A stretch of DNA of 64,000 bases, taken from contig JBPRGF010000014.1 in NCBI GenBank assembly GCA_051418015.1, positions 63,974 through 127,973 on the forward strand. Reading direction: 5' to 3'. The position numbers and the translations under genes were made by a program. Under the pieces are notes generated by a model. The model saw nothing but the letters and a program-made list of their open reading frames with translations, was not told where the DNA came from and ran no database searches. Source of the stretch: Candidatus Nitrospinota bacterium M3_3B_026 (GTDB lineage: Bacteria > Nitrospinota_A > UBA7883 > JBPRGF01). Position 1 is the stretch's first letter, and every line of letters begins with the position of its first letter. Positions 18,497 to 29,253 of this stretch are shown here, piece by piece.

Positions 18497-20614
18497 ATGG
18501 CTTCGCCGGAAAAGGACCTGGCCCGGCCGGTCCAGTACCTGAAAGGGGTGGGCCCGAAACGGGCCGGGCTTTTCGAAAAGCTCGGCGTCCGGACGATAGA
18601 GGACCTGCTGTTCTACCTCCCCCAAAGGTACGAGGACCGCTCCCGTCTCAAGACCATCGCCGAGCTTGAGCCGGACACGGTGGAGACCGTCCGGGCCGCG
18701 GTGAAATCCGCCTCCGCCTCGGCGCGCAGGGGCAGACGGCGTGTCTTCGAGGCGGCCTTCGCGGACAAAACTGGGGTGTTGCGCGCCACGTGGTTTCATT
18801 ACCACTCCGCGAAGGCTTTCCTGAGCAGGTTCAGGTTCGGGTCGGAATGGATAGTCTCCGGCAAGGTCACCATCAACAGGCTTCGCGGTTCGAAGGAGAT
18901 GATCCACCCTGAGACGGAGGAGGCGGCCGCGGGACGCGAGGAGGATTTTTTGAACCTCGGTAGGATAGTCCCCGTGTACGGCCTCACCGCGGGCCTTTCG
19001 CAAAGGGCCGTGCGGGCCGCCACGGCGGCGGCCATGCCATACGCCGCGCTCCTGGAGGACTTCGTCCCCGAAGAGCTGAACAGGCGCTACAATCTCCCCG
19101 GCCTGGCGGAAAGCGTCGCTCGCGTCCACTGGCCGGAGATGGGGACGGACGTGGCGAAACTCGAAAACTTCCAGACCCGCGAGAGGAAAAAACTTGTCTT
19201 CAACGAGTTCTTCCTGCTCCAGGCCGGGCTGGCCCTGAATAAAAAGAGGATAAGACAGGAGCGCGAGGGGGTGGCGCTCAAGACCACGGACGAGCTGATG
19301 TCGAAGATATACTCCGTCTTCCCCTTCACCCTGACCCGCGCCCAGAGGAGATCCATAGCCGCGATAGCGTCCGACATGTCGTCGAAAAAGCCGATGAACA
19401 GGCTCCTGCAAGGCGACGTCGGCTCCGGCAAGACGGCGGTGGCCCTCGCCGCCGCGCTGATCGCCGTCCGCAACAGGCGGCAGGCCGCCATCATGGCCCC
19501 CACGGAGATACTAGCCGCGCAGCATTTCAGGAATTTCCAGAAGCTGCTTGAGAAGACGAAAGTCAGGATGGAGCTTCTCACGTCGGGAGCGCCGTCGAAG
19601 AAGACCGTTTACGAAAAGATCGCCTCGGGCGAAATACACATAGCCGTCGGCACGCACGCGCTCATACAGGAAAAGGTGAAATTCCACTCCCTGGGTCTCG
19701 CGATAATAGACGAGCAGCACAGGTTCGGCGTGCGCCAGCGGGCGGAGCTGATAGGCAAAGGCGAGCCCGCCCACACCCTCATCATGACCGCCACGCCCAT
19801 CCCCCGCACCCTGGCCATGACCCTGTACGGCGACCTGGACGTTTCGGTCATCGACGAACTCCCGCCAGGCAGGGCCGCAATATCCACCACCGTCTTCCCG
19901 CCGGGCGGAAGGGGGGAAGCGGTGGGGATCGTCCGCCGCGAGGTGGAGAAGGGCAGGCAGGCGTACATCGTCTGCCCGCTGGTGGAGGAGAGCGAGAAGC
20001 TCCAGCTCAAGGCCGCCACCGCCGTGTTCGAGCGGCTGTCGGGCGGGGAGTTCGCGGGTTTTCGCCTGGGGCTGATCCATGGCAGGATGAAAAGCGCGGA
20101 GAAGGACGGCGTGATGGAGAGGTTCACGAGCGGCGCGATCGACATCCTCGTGGCGACGTCGGTCGTGGAGGTGGGGGTGGACCAGCCCAACGCCACGGCC
20201 ATGATGATCGAGAGCGCCGACAGGTTCGGCCTATCCCAGCTGCACCAGCTGCGCGGCAGGGTGGGGCGGGCCAGCCACCGGTCGTACTGCCTGCTGATGG
20301 CGGACGCGCGGCCGGGGACGCCGGCGTGGAGAAGGCTCAAGGTGATGGAGAAGACAACCGATGGGTTCAGGATTGCCGAGGAGGACCTTGCCTTGAGGGG
20401 CGCGGGCGACCTTTTCGGCGAGAGACAATGGGGGCTGCCCGCCCTGCGGGTGGGGGACATCGTAAGAGATCACAAGATTCTCGCCGCGGCCAGGGAGGCG
20501 GCTTTCGACATCATAAAACGCGACTCCGGCCTGGCCGCCCCGGAGAGCAGAAAGCTCCGCGAGGCCGTGAAAAAGGCCTGGACGGGCCGTTTCAAGCTCG
20601 GCGAGGTAGGATAA
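18497..20614 (+). CDS. recG: ATP-dependent DNA helicase RecG
   Basis: LKGVGPKR, QGDVGSGKT, DEQHRFG, MTATPIPRT, LHQLRGRVGR. Confidence 0.97.
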   Translation: MASPEKDLARPVQYLKGVGPKRAGLFEKLGVRTIEDLLFYLPQRYEDRSRLKTIAELEPDTVETVRAAVKSASASARRGRRRVFEAAFADKTGVLRATWFHYHSAKAFLSRFRFGSEWIVSGKVTINRLRGSKEMIHPETEEAAAGREEDFLNLGRIVPVYGLTAGLSQRAVRAATAAAMPYAALLEDFVPEELNRRYNLPGLAESVARVHWPEMGTDVAKLENFQTRERKKLVFNEFFLLQAGLALNKKRIRQEREGVALKTTDELMSKIYSVFPFTLTRAQRRSIAAIASDMSSKKPMNRLLQGDVGSGKTAVALAAALIAVRNRRQAAIMAPTEILAAQHFRNFQKLLEKTKVRMELLTSGAPSKKTVYEKIASGEIHIAVGTHALIQEKVKFHSLGLAIIDEQHRFGVRQRAELIGKGEPAHTLIMTATPIPRTLAMTLYGDLDVSVIDELPPGRAAISTTVFPPGGRGEAVGIVRREVEKGRQAYIVCPLVEESEKLQLKAATAVFERLSGGEFAGFRLGLIHGRMKSAEKDGVMERFTSGAIDILVATSVVEVGVDQPNATAMMIESADRFGLSQLHQLRGRVGRASHRSYCLLMADARPGTPAWRRLKVMEKTTDGFRIAEEDLALRGAGDLFGERQWGLPALRVGDIVRDHKILAAAREAAFDIIKRDSGLAAPESRKLREAVKKAWTGRFKLGEVG

Positions 20615-20707
20615 ACAGGGAGACGGCGGGCGATGTTTGGATATAATTGTCCCTTCGCGGCGTGAAGCCTCGCGGGATGATTTGAACAGCATGATGGAAA
20701 AGAGCGA

Positions 20708-21727
20708 ATGACAAAAGACAATAAAGAAGGCGCCCCGGCGAAGCGAAGCTGGCTCGTGACGGGCTGCGCCGGGTTCATCGGCTCCCACATAGTCGAAAGG
20801 CTCCTCTCGGACGGCCATGCGGTGCGGGGGATCGACGACCTTTCCACGGGGTCTAAGGAGAATGTCGAGGAAGCTTTGAGGAACGCGGGTGAAGACGCCG
20901 CGGGCCGCTTCACCTTCGTGGAGGGGGACATCCTGGACGAGGCCAGGCTGGAGGAGGCGATGAGGGGGACGGAGGTCGTCCTCCACCAGGCGGCCCTGGG
21001 CTCCGTCCCGCGCTCCATCGAGGAGCCTTTGAAGACCACCAGGGCGAACGTGGACGGCTTCGTGGCCGTCGTGAAGGCGGCCGTGGACGGGGGAGTGAGA
21101 CGGGTCGTTTATGCCTCCTCCTCGTCGGTCTATGGCGACCACCCGGACCTGCCCAAGGTGGAGGAGAGGATCGGCTCTCCCCTTTCCCCCTACGCCGCCA
21201 GCAAGCTCGCCGACGAGGTCTTCGCCGAGGCTCTCACGAGCTCCTATGGCGTGGAGCTTGTCGGCCTGCGCTACTTCAACGTCTTCGGCCCGCGCCAGAG
21301 CCCGGAAGGGCCCTACGCCGCCGTCATACCGCGATGGATAGACACCCTGCTCGAAGGCGGCCGGCCGATAATAAACGGCGACCCGGAGATATCCCGAGAC
21401 TTCACCTACATAGACAACGCCGTGGAGGCCAACATCCTGGCCGCCGAAACGCGAAAAGGCGTCAACACCTCCTACAACATCGCCGCCGGGGAGCGGACGA
21501 CGCTGGCCCAGCTCCTCGACGGTATACTCGAGGCCATGATGGAGGCAGGCGCGCTGAAGGAGCGCCCGGAGCCGGTTCTGGGCTCTCCCCGTCCCGGCGA
21601 CGTGAAACACTCCCTGGCGGATATATCGAAGGCCAGGGCTGGCCTTGGCTACGAGCCGCGCGTCGGCCTGAAGGAGGGGCTCCGCCGGACGGTTCGATGG
21701 AGCGTCTCCAGGGAGGCGGGTGGTTGA
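20708..21727 (+). CDS. UDP-GlcNAc 4-epimerase-like SDR (WbpP/TviC-like)
   Basis: TGCAGFIG, HQAALGSVPRS, YASSSSVYGD, YAASK, LRYFNVFGPRQ. Confidence 0.9.
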   Translation: MTKDNKEGAPAKRSWLVTGCAGFIGSHIVERLLSDGHAVRGIDDLSTGSKENVEEALRNAGEDAAGRFTFVEGDILDEARLEEAMRGTEVVLHQAALGSVPRSIEEPLKTTRANVDGFVAVVKAAVDGGVRRVVYASSSSVYGDHPDLPKVEERIGSPLSPYAASKLADEVFAEALTSSYGVELVGLRYFNVFGPRQSPEGPYAAVIPRWIDTLLEGGRPIINGDPEISRDFTYIDNAVEANILAAETRKGVNTSYNIAAGERTTLAQLLDGILEAMMEAGALKERPEPVLGSPRPGDVKHSLADISKARAGLGYEPRVGLKEGLRRTVRWSVSREAGG

Positions 21728-22320
21728 GGCTCGTTTTGGCGTCGTCCTCGCCCAGGAGGGCGCGTCTGTTGAAAGAGGCGGGGTTTTCTTTCGACATAGC
21801 GCCGTCGTCCGCGCCGGAGGATATAAACCCGTCCCTCGGGCCGGGGAAGAACGCGCGCCTCATCGCCATCCGCAAGGCCGGGGACGTGGCGGCCTCGCGC
21901 CCGGACGACGCCGTCCTGGCGGCGGATACGATGGTCGTCGTGGACGGGAGAATCCTGGGAAAACCGGTGGACGAAAATGACGCGAGGCGCATGTTGAAAA
22001 AACTTTCGGGAAGGGAGCACAAGGTCATCACCGGCGTGGCCGTCATATGCCCCGCCCGGCGGGAAGAATGGAGCCACGTGGAGGTATCCCGCGTGCGGTT
22101 CCGGAAAGTACCGGAGAAGGCCGTTGAGGAATACGTCGAAAGCGGCGAGCCGATGGACAAGGCGGGAGGCTACGCCATCCAGGGCGGGGCGGGTGAGTGG
22201 ATCGAAGGATACGAGGGAAGCCTGACGAACATTATCGGCCTGCCTATGGAGCCGTTGCTCGAGGAGCTTGAAAGGCTCGGGTTCGAAACAAGCCGCGGAG
22301 GGGGCGAATCATGCCGCTGA
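21724..22320 (+). CDS. maf: Maf-family nucleoside triphosphate pyrophosphatase
   Basis: LVLASSSPRR, AADT, ILGKP, DKAGGYAIQ, NIIGLP; TTG start overlapping the upstream stop. Confidence 0.92.
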   Translation: MRLVLASSSPRRARLLKEAGFSFDIAPSSAPEDINPSLGPGKNARLIAIRKAGDVAASRPDDAVLAADTMVVVDGRILGKPVDENDARRMLKKLSGREHKVITGVAVICPARREEWSHVEVSRVRFRKVPEKAVEEYVESGEPMDKAGGYAIQGGAGEWIEGYEGSLTNIIGLPMEPLLEELERLGFETSRGGGESCR

Positions 22321-22907
22321 TAGGGCTCACCGGCGGATACGCGACGGGCAAAAGCTCCGTCTGCTCCATGCTCGTCAAGATGGGCGCGGAGCTGATCGAC
22401 TGCGACCTGCTCGCCCGCGAGGTGGTGGCGCCGGGGACGGATGGCCTGAAAAAAGTGGCCGAACGGTTCGGCGAGGACGTCATGAACCCCGACGGGACGC
22501 TGAACCGCCGCGAGCTGGCCGACATCATCTTCACCGACGCGGAAAGCCGCCGCGGCCTGGAGGCGATACTTCACCCTCTCATAAGAGAGCTGGTCTTCAA
22601 AAGGGCGAAAGAGCGGCTCTCCCGCGACCCCGGCGCCGTCGTGGTGGTGGAGGCGGCGTTGTTGTTTGAGTCCGGCCTGTACGAGAAGATGGACAAGAAC
22701 ATCGTCGTCACCTGCCGCGAAGACCAGCAGATCGAACGGGGAATGGCCCGCGACGGCCTGCCGAAGGCGGAGGTGATAAAAAGAATGAACGCGCAGTGGC
22801 CCCTCTCCAGGAAAGCGGAGCTTGCCGACTTCGTGATAGACAACTCCGGCGCCGTCGAAAAGACCAAAGAGCGCGTCCGCGAAATATGGGCCGGGATCGC
22901 GAAATAG
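22311..22907 (+). CDS. coaE: Dephospho-CoA kinase
   Basis: IGLTGGYATGKS, LEAILHP, ADFVIDNSG. Confidence 0.95.
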   Translation: MPLIGLTGGYATGKSSVCSMLVKMGAELIDCDLLAREVVAPGTDGLKKVAERFGEDVMNPDGTLNRRELADIIFTDAESRRGLEAILHPLIRELVFKRAKERLSRDPGAVVVVEAALLFESGLYEKMDKNIVVTCREDQQIERGMARDGLPKAEVIKRMNAQWPLSRKAELADFVIDNSGAVEKTKERVREIWAGIAK

Positions 22908-23112
22908 CGTAGCGTCTTTTCCACATTCGTCATATAATCCGTGGAATGATGTCCACGTATTTCTCGTATGGCGGCCGCCGGGCGCTCATGGCCATGGCCG
23001 TTTACCCAGTCTATTCACGAGCTTGCCCTCCCGCCGCGGCGGCGGGCACGGGTTTTGTTTATAAAAGCATGTCAGCGATAGTTTTTCACCACCTGATGAG
23101 AGGGTCCGGCTG

Positions 23113-24396
23113 ATGAGAGAGGATCTTTCGAAGCTCACCAAGGCGCAGCTTCTGGAGCTTGCCGCCAGGAGGAAGGTAAAGGCGGTCTCCTCGATGAAAA
23201 AGGACGAGATCGTCAAAGCCATCGAGAAGGCGAAAGCCGCCGCTAAAAAGAAGGCGAAGACGGCCGCGGCGAAGAAAAAAGCGGCGGCGGGCAAACCGAA
23301 GGCGGCCCCGGAAAAAAAGAGCGCCGCCGGGAAAGCCGCCCGTCCCGCGGCGAAAAAGAAGGCGAGAGCGGCCGCGAGGCCCGCCGCGAGGGCGAAAACG
23401 GCCAGGCCCGCAAAACCCGCGCGGGAGAAGGCGCCGGAGACCGCTCCCTCTCCCGCGGCTGAGCCGAAGAGGAACAACTGGGACATCAACCTGGAGGGCA
23501 AGAAGTTTTTCGTCGCCGAGGAGGTGGAGGATTTCCCGCCGCCGGAGCCGGACGAGGCGCCGGAAAGCTACGCCGACAACAGGATCGTCGCCCTCGCCCG
23601 CGACCCGCGCCATCTTTACGTCTACTGGGAGACCAACCCCGGCCTTGCCGAAAAGGCCCGCCAGACCCTCGGCGGCAAGGGCTGGGACAAGCTGCGATGG
23701 ACGTTGCGCGTTCACGACGTCACCGGCGCGGAGCTTGAGAATGCCTCGCGTGTCTTCGACGTCCCCGTCGAGCAGGGCGCCGGCAGCGCTTATGTCGATG
23801 TCGGCCGTCCTGACAGCGAGTATGTTGTCTCCGTGGGCCTGATGGACGACGAGGGCGGGTTCGAGGCGGTGGCCGTCTCCGGCAGGGCCATGACGCCCCG
23901 CGAGGCCGTCTCCTCCGAGACGGACGCGGAGTGGATGGTCCCGGCGGAGACGTTCGAGAAGCTTTACGGCATATCCGGCGGCGGAGTCCCTGGGGAGAGC
24001 TCTCTTGGCCTTGGCGGCTCGGAGCTTGGGATAGGCGCGTCGGAGCTTGGCGTTCCCATAGAGGAAATATCGTCCGGCGCCGTGTCGAGCCTTGGGGCGT
24101 CCGAGGAGTTTTTGGCGAAGGCCGCCCGCGAGCGGGGCTTTTTCTTCTGGCTGAACTGCGAGCTGGTCGTTTACGGCGGGACCATGCCGGACGCCACGGT
24201 CACCCTGAAGGGGGAGAGAATAAAACTCCGGCCGGACGGCACTTTTTCGGTCCGCTTCTCCCTGCCGGACGGCGCCCTCGACATCCCCGTGACGGCCGAG
24301 TCCGCCGATGGCGCCGACAGGAAGGAGATATCCCCCACGGTGACCAGGGCCACGAAGGTGAGCGAGGCGCGCGGCGAGAGGGAAAAGGCGAGATAA
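23113..24396 (+). CDS. DUF4912-domain protein with Rho-N-like N-terminus and Lys/Ala-rich linker
   Basis: LARDPRHLYVYWE and FFFWLNCELVVYGGT.PDA...PDGTFS motifs; typical neighbour of GH57 branching enzyme. Confidence 0.8.
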   Translation: MREDLSKLTKAQLLELAARRKVKAVSSMKKDEIVKAIEKAKAAAKKKAKTAAAKKKAAAGKPKAAPEKKSAAGKAARPAAKKKARAAARPAARAKTARPAKPAREKAPETAPSPAAEPKRNNWDINLEGKKFFVAEEVEDFPPPEPDEAPESYADNRIVALARDPRHLYVYWETNPGLAEKARQTLGGKGWDKLRWTLRVHDVTGAELENASRVFDVPVEQGAGSAYVDVGRPDSEYVVSVGLMDDEGGFEAVAVSGRAMTPREAVSSETDAEWMVPAETFEKLYGISGGGVPGESSLGLGGSELGIGASELGVPIEEISSGAVSSLGASEEFLAKAARERGFFFWLNCELVVYGGTMPDATVTLKGERIKLRPDGTFSVRFSLPDGALDIPVTAESADGADRKEISPTVTRATKVSEARGEREKAR

Positions 24397-24430
24397 GGGG
24401 CCGGGCGGCGGCTTCGAAGCGGCGAGACCG

Positions 24431-26032
24431 ATGGACACGGGATACCTGGCGCTGGTCCTTCACGCGCATCTGCCCTACGTGCGCCACCCGGAGCACGAGG
24501 AGTTTCTGGAGGAGGACTGGCTTTACGAGGCCGTGACGGAAACCTACCTGCCACTGCTGACGGTTTTCGAGGGGCTTTTGAAGGACGGGATCGATTTCAA
24601 GGTCACGGTCTCGCTCTCCCCCACTCTGATCGCCATGCTTTCCGACCCTCTTCTCCGGGGCAGGCTCTCAAGAAGGCTTGAAAAGCTCATCGAGCTAAGC
24701 GCGGCGGAGATCCACAGGACGGCCGCCACGCCCTCCGTCAACGCCCTCGCCAGGATGTACAACTGGCGTTTCACCCGCGCCCTTGAGCTTTACGAGAACA
24801 CCTACCGGCGCGACCTCGTCTCCGCCTTCGCGAGGCTGGCCGACGAGGGCGCGGTGGAGATAATCACCTCCACCGCCACGCACGGGTATCTGCCCTTGCT
24901 GGCGGTGAACGAGGCGGCGGTCCGCGCCCAGGTCCGCGTCGCCTGCGACTTCTACCGGAGGACCTTCGGCAGGCCGCCGCGGGGGATGTGGCTGCCGGAG
25001 ATGGGCTACTGCCCGGGAGTCGAGAAGATCTTAAGGGACGAGGGGATACTCTACTTTTTCACCGACGCCCACGGCGTGCTCCATTCAAGGCCGCGCCCGC
25101 GCTACGGCGTCTTCGCCCCCATATACACGGACGAGGGGGTGGCCGTCTTCGGGCGGGACATGGAGTCCGGCAGACAGGTCTGGAGCGCGAAGGTGGGGTA
25201 TCCCGGCGACCCCTGCTACCGCGACTTTTACCGCGACATCGGCTTCGACCTGGAGTTCGACTACATAAAGCCCTACATCCAGCCCAACGGCCACAGGAAG
25301 ATGACGGGGATAAAATACTACCGCATAACCAGCGGCGCCGCCGACAAGGAGGTCTACGACCACGCCGAGGCCCTCCGCAAAGCCTCCGAGCACGCCGCCG
25401 ATTTCCTGGAGCGCAGGGTCGAGCAGGCGCGAAAGCTCAAAGGGCTGATGGACAGGCCCCCGGTCATCGTTTCCCCCTACGACGCGGAGCTTTTCGGCCA
25501 CTGGTGGAACGAGGGGCCGGAGTTTTTGAACTTTCTGTTCAGGAAGCTTCATCACGACGGCCGCGGGCTGAGGGCCGTCACGCCATACGAATACCTGAAA
25601 ATCCATCCCGTCAACCAGAAGGCCGAGCCCGCCGCCTCGTCCTGGGGATACAAGGGCCACTCCGAGGTGTGGCTCGACGAGAGCAACGACTGGATATACC
25701 GCCACCTGCACAAGGCCGCGGACCGCATGACCGAACTGGCCTCTTCGCGCCGGGAGGCAGACGGCGTGACGCGGCGCGCGCTCAACCAGGCCGCCCGCGA
25801 GCTTCTGCTGGCGCAAAGCAGCGACTGGGCTTTCATAATGAAGACGGGGACGATGGCCCCCTACGCCGAGAAGAGGACGAAGGAGGGCATCGCGCGGTTC
25901 ACCCGCCTGTACGGGCAGATAATGAACGGGGAGATAGACGAGGGGTTCCTGGAATACCTCGAGGGAGTGGACAACATCTTTTCAGACATAGACTACAGTG
26001 TCTACGCCGACAACGCTTCCGGCTCCCGCTAG
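24431..26032 (+). CDS. GH57 (DUF1957) 1,4-alpha-glucan branching enzyme
   Basis: LHAHLPYVRH, ETYLPL, WLPE, YDAELFGHWW, LAQSSDWAF. Confidence 0.92.
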   Translation: MDTGYLALVLHAHLPYVRHPEHEEFLEEDWLYEAVTETYLPLLTVFEGLLKDGIDFKVTVSLSPTLIAMLSDPLLRGRLSRRLEKLIELSAAEIHRTAATPSVNALARMYNWRFTRALELYENTYRRDLVSAFARLADEGAVEIITSTATHGYLPLLAVNEAAVRAQVRVACDFYRRTFGRPPRGMWLPEMGYCPGVEKILRDEGILYFFTDAHGVLHSRPRPRYGVFAPIYTDEGVAVFGRDMESGRQVWSAKVGYPGDPCYRDFYRDIGFDLEFDYIKPYIQPNGHRKMTGIKYYRITSGAADKEVYDHAEALRKASEHAADFLERRVEQARKLKGLMDRPPVIVSPYDAELFGHWWNEGPEFLNFLFRKLHHDGRGLRAVTPYEYLKIHPVNQKAEPAASSWGYKGHSEVWLDESNDWIYRHLHKAADRMTELASSRREADGVTRRALNQAARELLLAQSSDWAFIMKTGTMAPYAEKRTKEGIARFTRLYGQIMNGEIDEGFLEYLEGVDNIFSDIDYSVYADNASGSR

Positions 26033-26126
26033 ATTCGGACATTTGTCCGCGGCGTGTTATAATTCAACTTGGTAGAAATTCAGCGGACAGTCATTCGGAA
26101 TCACGGCGCGATATAGAGGAGCGTTT

Positions 26127-26513
26127 ATGTCCGACTTCAACACCCTGCTCGCCGCCAGGGACCTGATGACCAGCGATATCGTCACATCGTCAAGAACCAT
26201 CACGGTCAAGGAGGCCGCCGGGATAATGGCGGACCGGGAAGTCTCCAGCATCGTCCTGACGGAGGAGAACGGCGCCATCGCCGGCATCGTCACCGAGACG
26301 GACATAGTGAGAAAAGCAGTGGCCGAGGGGGCCGACGCGGCCCGCGCAGGGGCCGCCTCCATCATGAGCGAAAACGTCCACAGCATCCCTGGCGACGCCT
26401 CCATATTCGACGCCAGGGCGAAGATGTCCGATCTCGGAGTCAAACACATGATAGTGGAGGACGGCGGAAAGCCTATCGGGATAATCTCCTCCACGGCCCT
26501 TCTCGGTTCTTAG
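26127..26513 (+). CDS. CBS-domain protein
   Basis: Two CBS repeats (GIVTETDI; PIGIIS); SD GAGGAG. Confidence 0.85.
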   Translation: MSDFNTLLAARDLMTSDIVTSSRTITVKEAAGIMADREVSSIVLTEENGAIAGIVTETDIVRKAVAEGADAARAGAASIMSENVHSIPGDASIFDARAKMSDLGVKHMIVEDGGKPIGIISSTALLGS

Positions 26514-26514
26514 G

Positions 26515-27315
26515 TCACACTTCCGACAGAAGGCGCGTGAGCGCCGCGCCGGGGTCCTCCTCCCTCATGAGGGCCGAGCCGACCAGGAAACCTCCGACGC
26601 CCGCCCGGGCGAGACGCCTTATGTCCCCGGCGGACTCAATCCCGCTTTCGCTCACCACGATGACATCTTCCGGCAGGGCCGGGGTGAGCCTGGATGTCGT
26701 CTCGAGGTCCACCTTCAAGTCATCGGAGAGAAAATCCCGATTGTTTATCCCGACGATCCCTGGCTTTAGGGGCGCGGCCTTTTCCCAGTCCTCCTCCGAG
26801 TGTATCTCCACCAGCGCCTCCAGCCCGAGCCGGGCGGCGTAATCGTGGAAGGCGGCCAGCGTCTGGCCGTCCAGGACGACCGCCATCAGCAGCACAGCGT
26901 CTGCGCCGAGGGCGGCGCTCTCGGCGATCTGCCATTCGTCGATTATAAAATCCTTGCGCAATACCGGGATGGAGGCCGCCTCCCGGACCATCGGGACATA
27001 AAGGGGCGAGCCGAGGAAGAACCTCGCGTCGGTGAGAACGGAGACCGCCACGGCGCCCGCCTTCTCGTAGGACCTTGCGATGGCGGCGGGGTCGAACTCC
27101 GACGGCTTGAGCATGACCGAAGGCGTGGCGCGCTTGACTTCCGCGATGATCCTCGCCGGCGCGTTCCCAGAGCTTAAAGCGGCCTTCAGCGATCTTTTTC
27201 GCCCCGCGGCCCCTGCGGCGTCGGTGAGGGCGTCTTTCGGCGCCATGCGTTTGGCGAGCCGTACCTCCTCGCGCTTGTGCTCCAGGATTTTCCGCAGAAC
27301 CGGGCTGAGCCTCAC
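26515..27315 (-). CDS. trpC: Indole-3-glycerol phosphate synthase
   Basis: IIAEVKRATPS, SVLTD, LRKDFI, GINNR, SESGI, LVGSALM; GTG start overlaps the malic enzyme stop. Confidence 0.95.
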   Translation of the reverse strand: MRLSPVLRKILEHKREEVRLAKRMAPKDALTDAAGAAGRKRSLKAALSSGNAPARIIAEVKRATPSVMLKPSEFDPAAIARSYEKAGAVAVSVLTDARFFLGSPLYVPMVREAASIPVLRKDFIIDEWQIAESAALGADAVLLMAVVLDGQTLAAFHDYAARLGLEALVEIHSEEDWEKAAPLKPGIVGINNRDFLSDDLKVDLETTSRLTPALPEDVIVVSESGIESAGDIRRLARAGVGGFLVGSALMREEDPGAALTRLLSEV

Positions 27316-29051
27316 GCCGTCTCCACCTTCGGGACGGCGGCGTCTTTTTTCCTGTAGGGCAGGTACTCCGGGCGCCATATCCTCTCTCTTATCGCCTCCA
27401 GCGGCTCCACGCCCTCCGGCGGGTCCGCCACGCCCTGCCTTGCCGCTGTATTGAAGACAGCCAGGGCCACCTGCTCCGTCACCTTCGAAAGCCGCGTGAC
27501 AGGAGGATAGACACACCGCGTCAGGGCCGCGTCGGCGGGGATCATCCCGGCCAGGCGCCTCGCGGCGGCGTTGAACATCTCGTCGGTTATCATCCTGGCG
27601 CGGGCGGCCAGCGTGCCAAGCCCCACGCCGGGGAATATGAAGACGTTGTTGCCCTGTCCCACCCTGTACCTCCCACCCTGCAGTTCGACGTCGGAGAAGG
27701 GGCTGCCGGTGGCCACTATGGCCCTGCCGTTCGTCCAGCTGTAAATATCGGCCGGCGCGGCCTCCGCACGGGATGTGGGGTTGCTCAGGGGGAAGATCAC
27801 CGGCATGTGGGTGTTCGCCGCCATGGCCTCCACGACGGGCCTCGTGAACGCCCCTCCCTGGCCGGAAAGGCCGAGCAGGACGGTGACCCCGGCGTTCCTT
27901 ATAACCTCCTCCAGAATGATCCTCTCGCGGTTCCGCGCGCTCCATCCCCCAACCCTTGACACGGGCTGCGCGAAGCCTTTCTTATAATACTCGACGTCTT
28001 TCCTGTCCGACGTCAACAGCCCATGGCTGTCCACCACGAATATCCTCTCCAGCGCCTCCCTTTCCGGCAGGCCGTCGTCCGCCAGGGCGCTTTTTATCCT
28101 TCGCGCAACGCCTATGCCGCCCGCCCCGGCGCCGTAAATGAGGAAACGCTGATCGGTGAGCCTCTCCTCCTTTATCCTCATGGCCCCCAGTATCCCCGCC
28201 AGCGCCACGGCGCCCGTCCCCTGGATGTCGTCGTTGAAGGAGAGTATCTTGCCGCGGTAGTTGTCCAGGTTCGAGAAAGCGTTCTGCTTCGAAAAGTCCT
28301 CCCACTGCAAGAGCGCCCCCGGGCAATGCCTCTTTACCGCATCGACGAAGGCTTCTATGAGAGAGTCGTATTTTTCTCCGGTCAGGCGGTGATGCTTCTG
28401 CCCGAGGTAGAGCGGGTCGTCAAGGAGCGCCTCGTTGTCCGTCCCCACGTCCAGGCATATCGGCAGACAGGCGGCGGGGGGGACGCCCGCGGCGAGAGTG
28501 TAAAGCGACAGTTTCCCTATGGGGATGCCCATGCCGCCTATCCCCTGGTCGCCTATCCCCAGGATACCCTGGTTGTCCGTGACGACGATGACCTCTATGT
28601 CCTGCGACGGGAGGTTTTTTATCATCTGTCCCATCATGGCGACGTTGGCGGGGGATATGTAAAGACCGCGGGAGTATCTGTATATGTGGCTTCCCTTCCT
28701 CACCGCCTCGCCGACGGTCGGGGTGTAGATTATGGGGATCATCTCCGCGGCGTGCTCTCTGAGCAGGGCGTAGAAGAGCGTCTCGTTCCTGTCCTGCAGG
28801 GCGCGCAGGTAGACGTAGCGCTCCAGGTCGTTGGGCTTGGCCTGGTAGTTCTCGTACACCCGCCCCAGCTGCTCCGTCATGGTGGAGACGTGCGGGGGGA
28901 GAAGGCCGGCGAGACTCAGCTCGCGGCGCTCGCTCTCGGTGAAGGCGGTCCCCTTGTTCAAAAGCGGATTGTGCAGAAGGTCGGAGCCGGACTGGTCCAC
29001 CTCGATGAAACGGCTTCCCGTCTCGTCCCGCCTTACAAGGTAATGAGACAT
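27312..29051 (-). CDS. maeA: NAD-dependent malic enzyme
   Basis: NKGTAFT, IYTPTVG, ILGIGDQG, FNDDIQGTG, GAGAGG, LSNPT, ATGSPF. Confidence 0.93.
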   Translation of the reverse strand: MSHYLVRRDETGSRFIEVDQSGSDLLHNPLLNKGTAFTESERRELSLAGLLPPHVSTMTEQLGRVYENYQAKPNDLERYVYLRALQDRNETLFYALLREHAAEMIPIIYTPTVGEAVRKGSHIYRYSRGLYISPANVAMMGQMIKNLPSQDIEVIVVTDNQGILGIGDQGIGGMGIPIGKLSLYTLAAGVPPAACLPICLDVGTDNEALLDDPLYLGQKHHRLTGEKYDSLIEAFVDAVKRHCPGALLQWEDFSKQNAFSNLDNYRGKILSFNDDIQGTGAVALAGILGAMRIKEERLTDQRFLIYGAGAGGIGVARRIKSALADDGLPEREALERIFVVDSHGLLTSDRKDVEYYKKGFAQPVSRVGGWSARNRERIILEEVIRNAGVTVLLGLSGQGGAFTRPVVEAMAANTHMPVIFPLSNPTSRAEAAPADIYSWTNGRAIVATGSPFSDVELQGGRYRVGQGNNVFIFPGVGLGTLAARARMITDEMFNAAARRLAGMIPADAALTRCVYPPVTRLSKVTEQVALAVFNTAARQGVADPPEGVEPLEAIRERIWRPEYLPYRKKDAAVPKVETA

Positions 29052-29150
29052 CAAAAATCCTTCCAAGAGTCATGAGCTCCACGCGGCGCCGAGAGAACAG
29101 TATAGCAAAGCCGGTCCGCCAGGCTCTCCCACCGCCGGGCAAAAACGGGC

Positions 29151-29178
29151 TAAAGCCAGCGCCGCTGCCCGCCGATAA
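29151..29178 (+). promoter_or_regulatory. Putative sigma-28 (FliA) promoter
   Basis: TAAAG-N15-GCCGATAA, with a perfect -10 element. Confidence 0.75.
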
Positions 29179-29253
29179 AAATACCAGAACACGAGCTGGG
29201 TAAACACCCGCGATGGATTGCGGGCTTATGCTCAACCATGGAGGGTTTTTGTC

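Noticed and set aside
22910..22960. DnaA-box-like TTTTCCACA after coaE
   Set aside because: Single match within a short imperfect palindrome; insufficient for an origin call.
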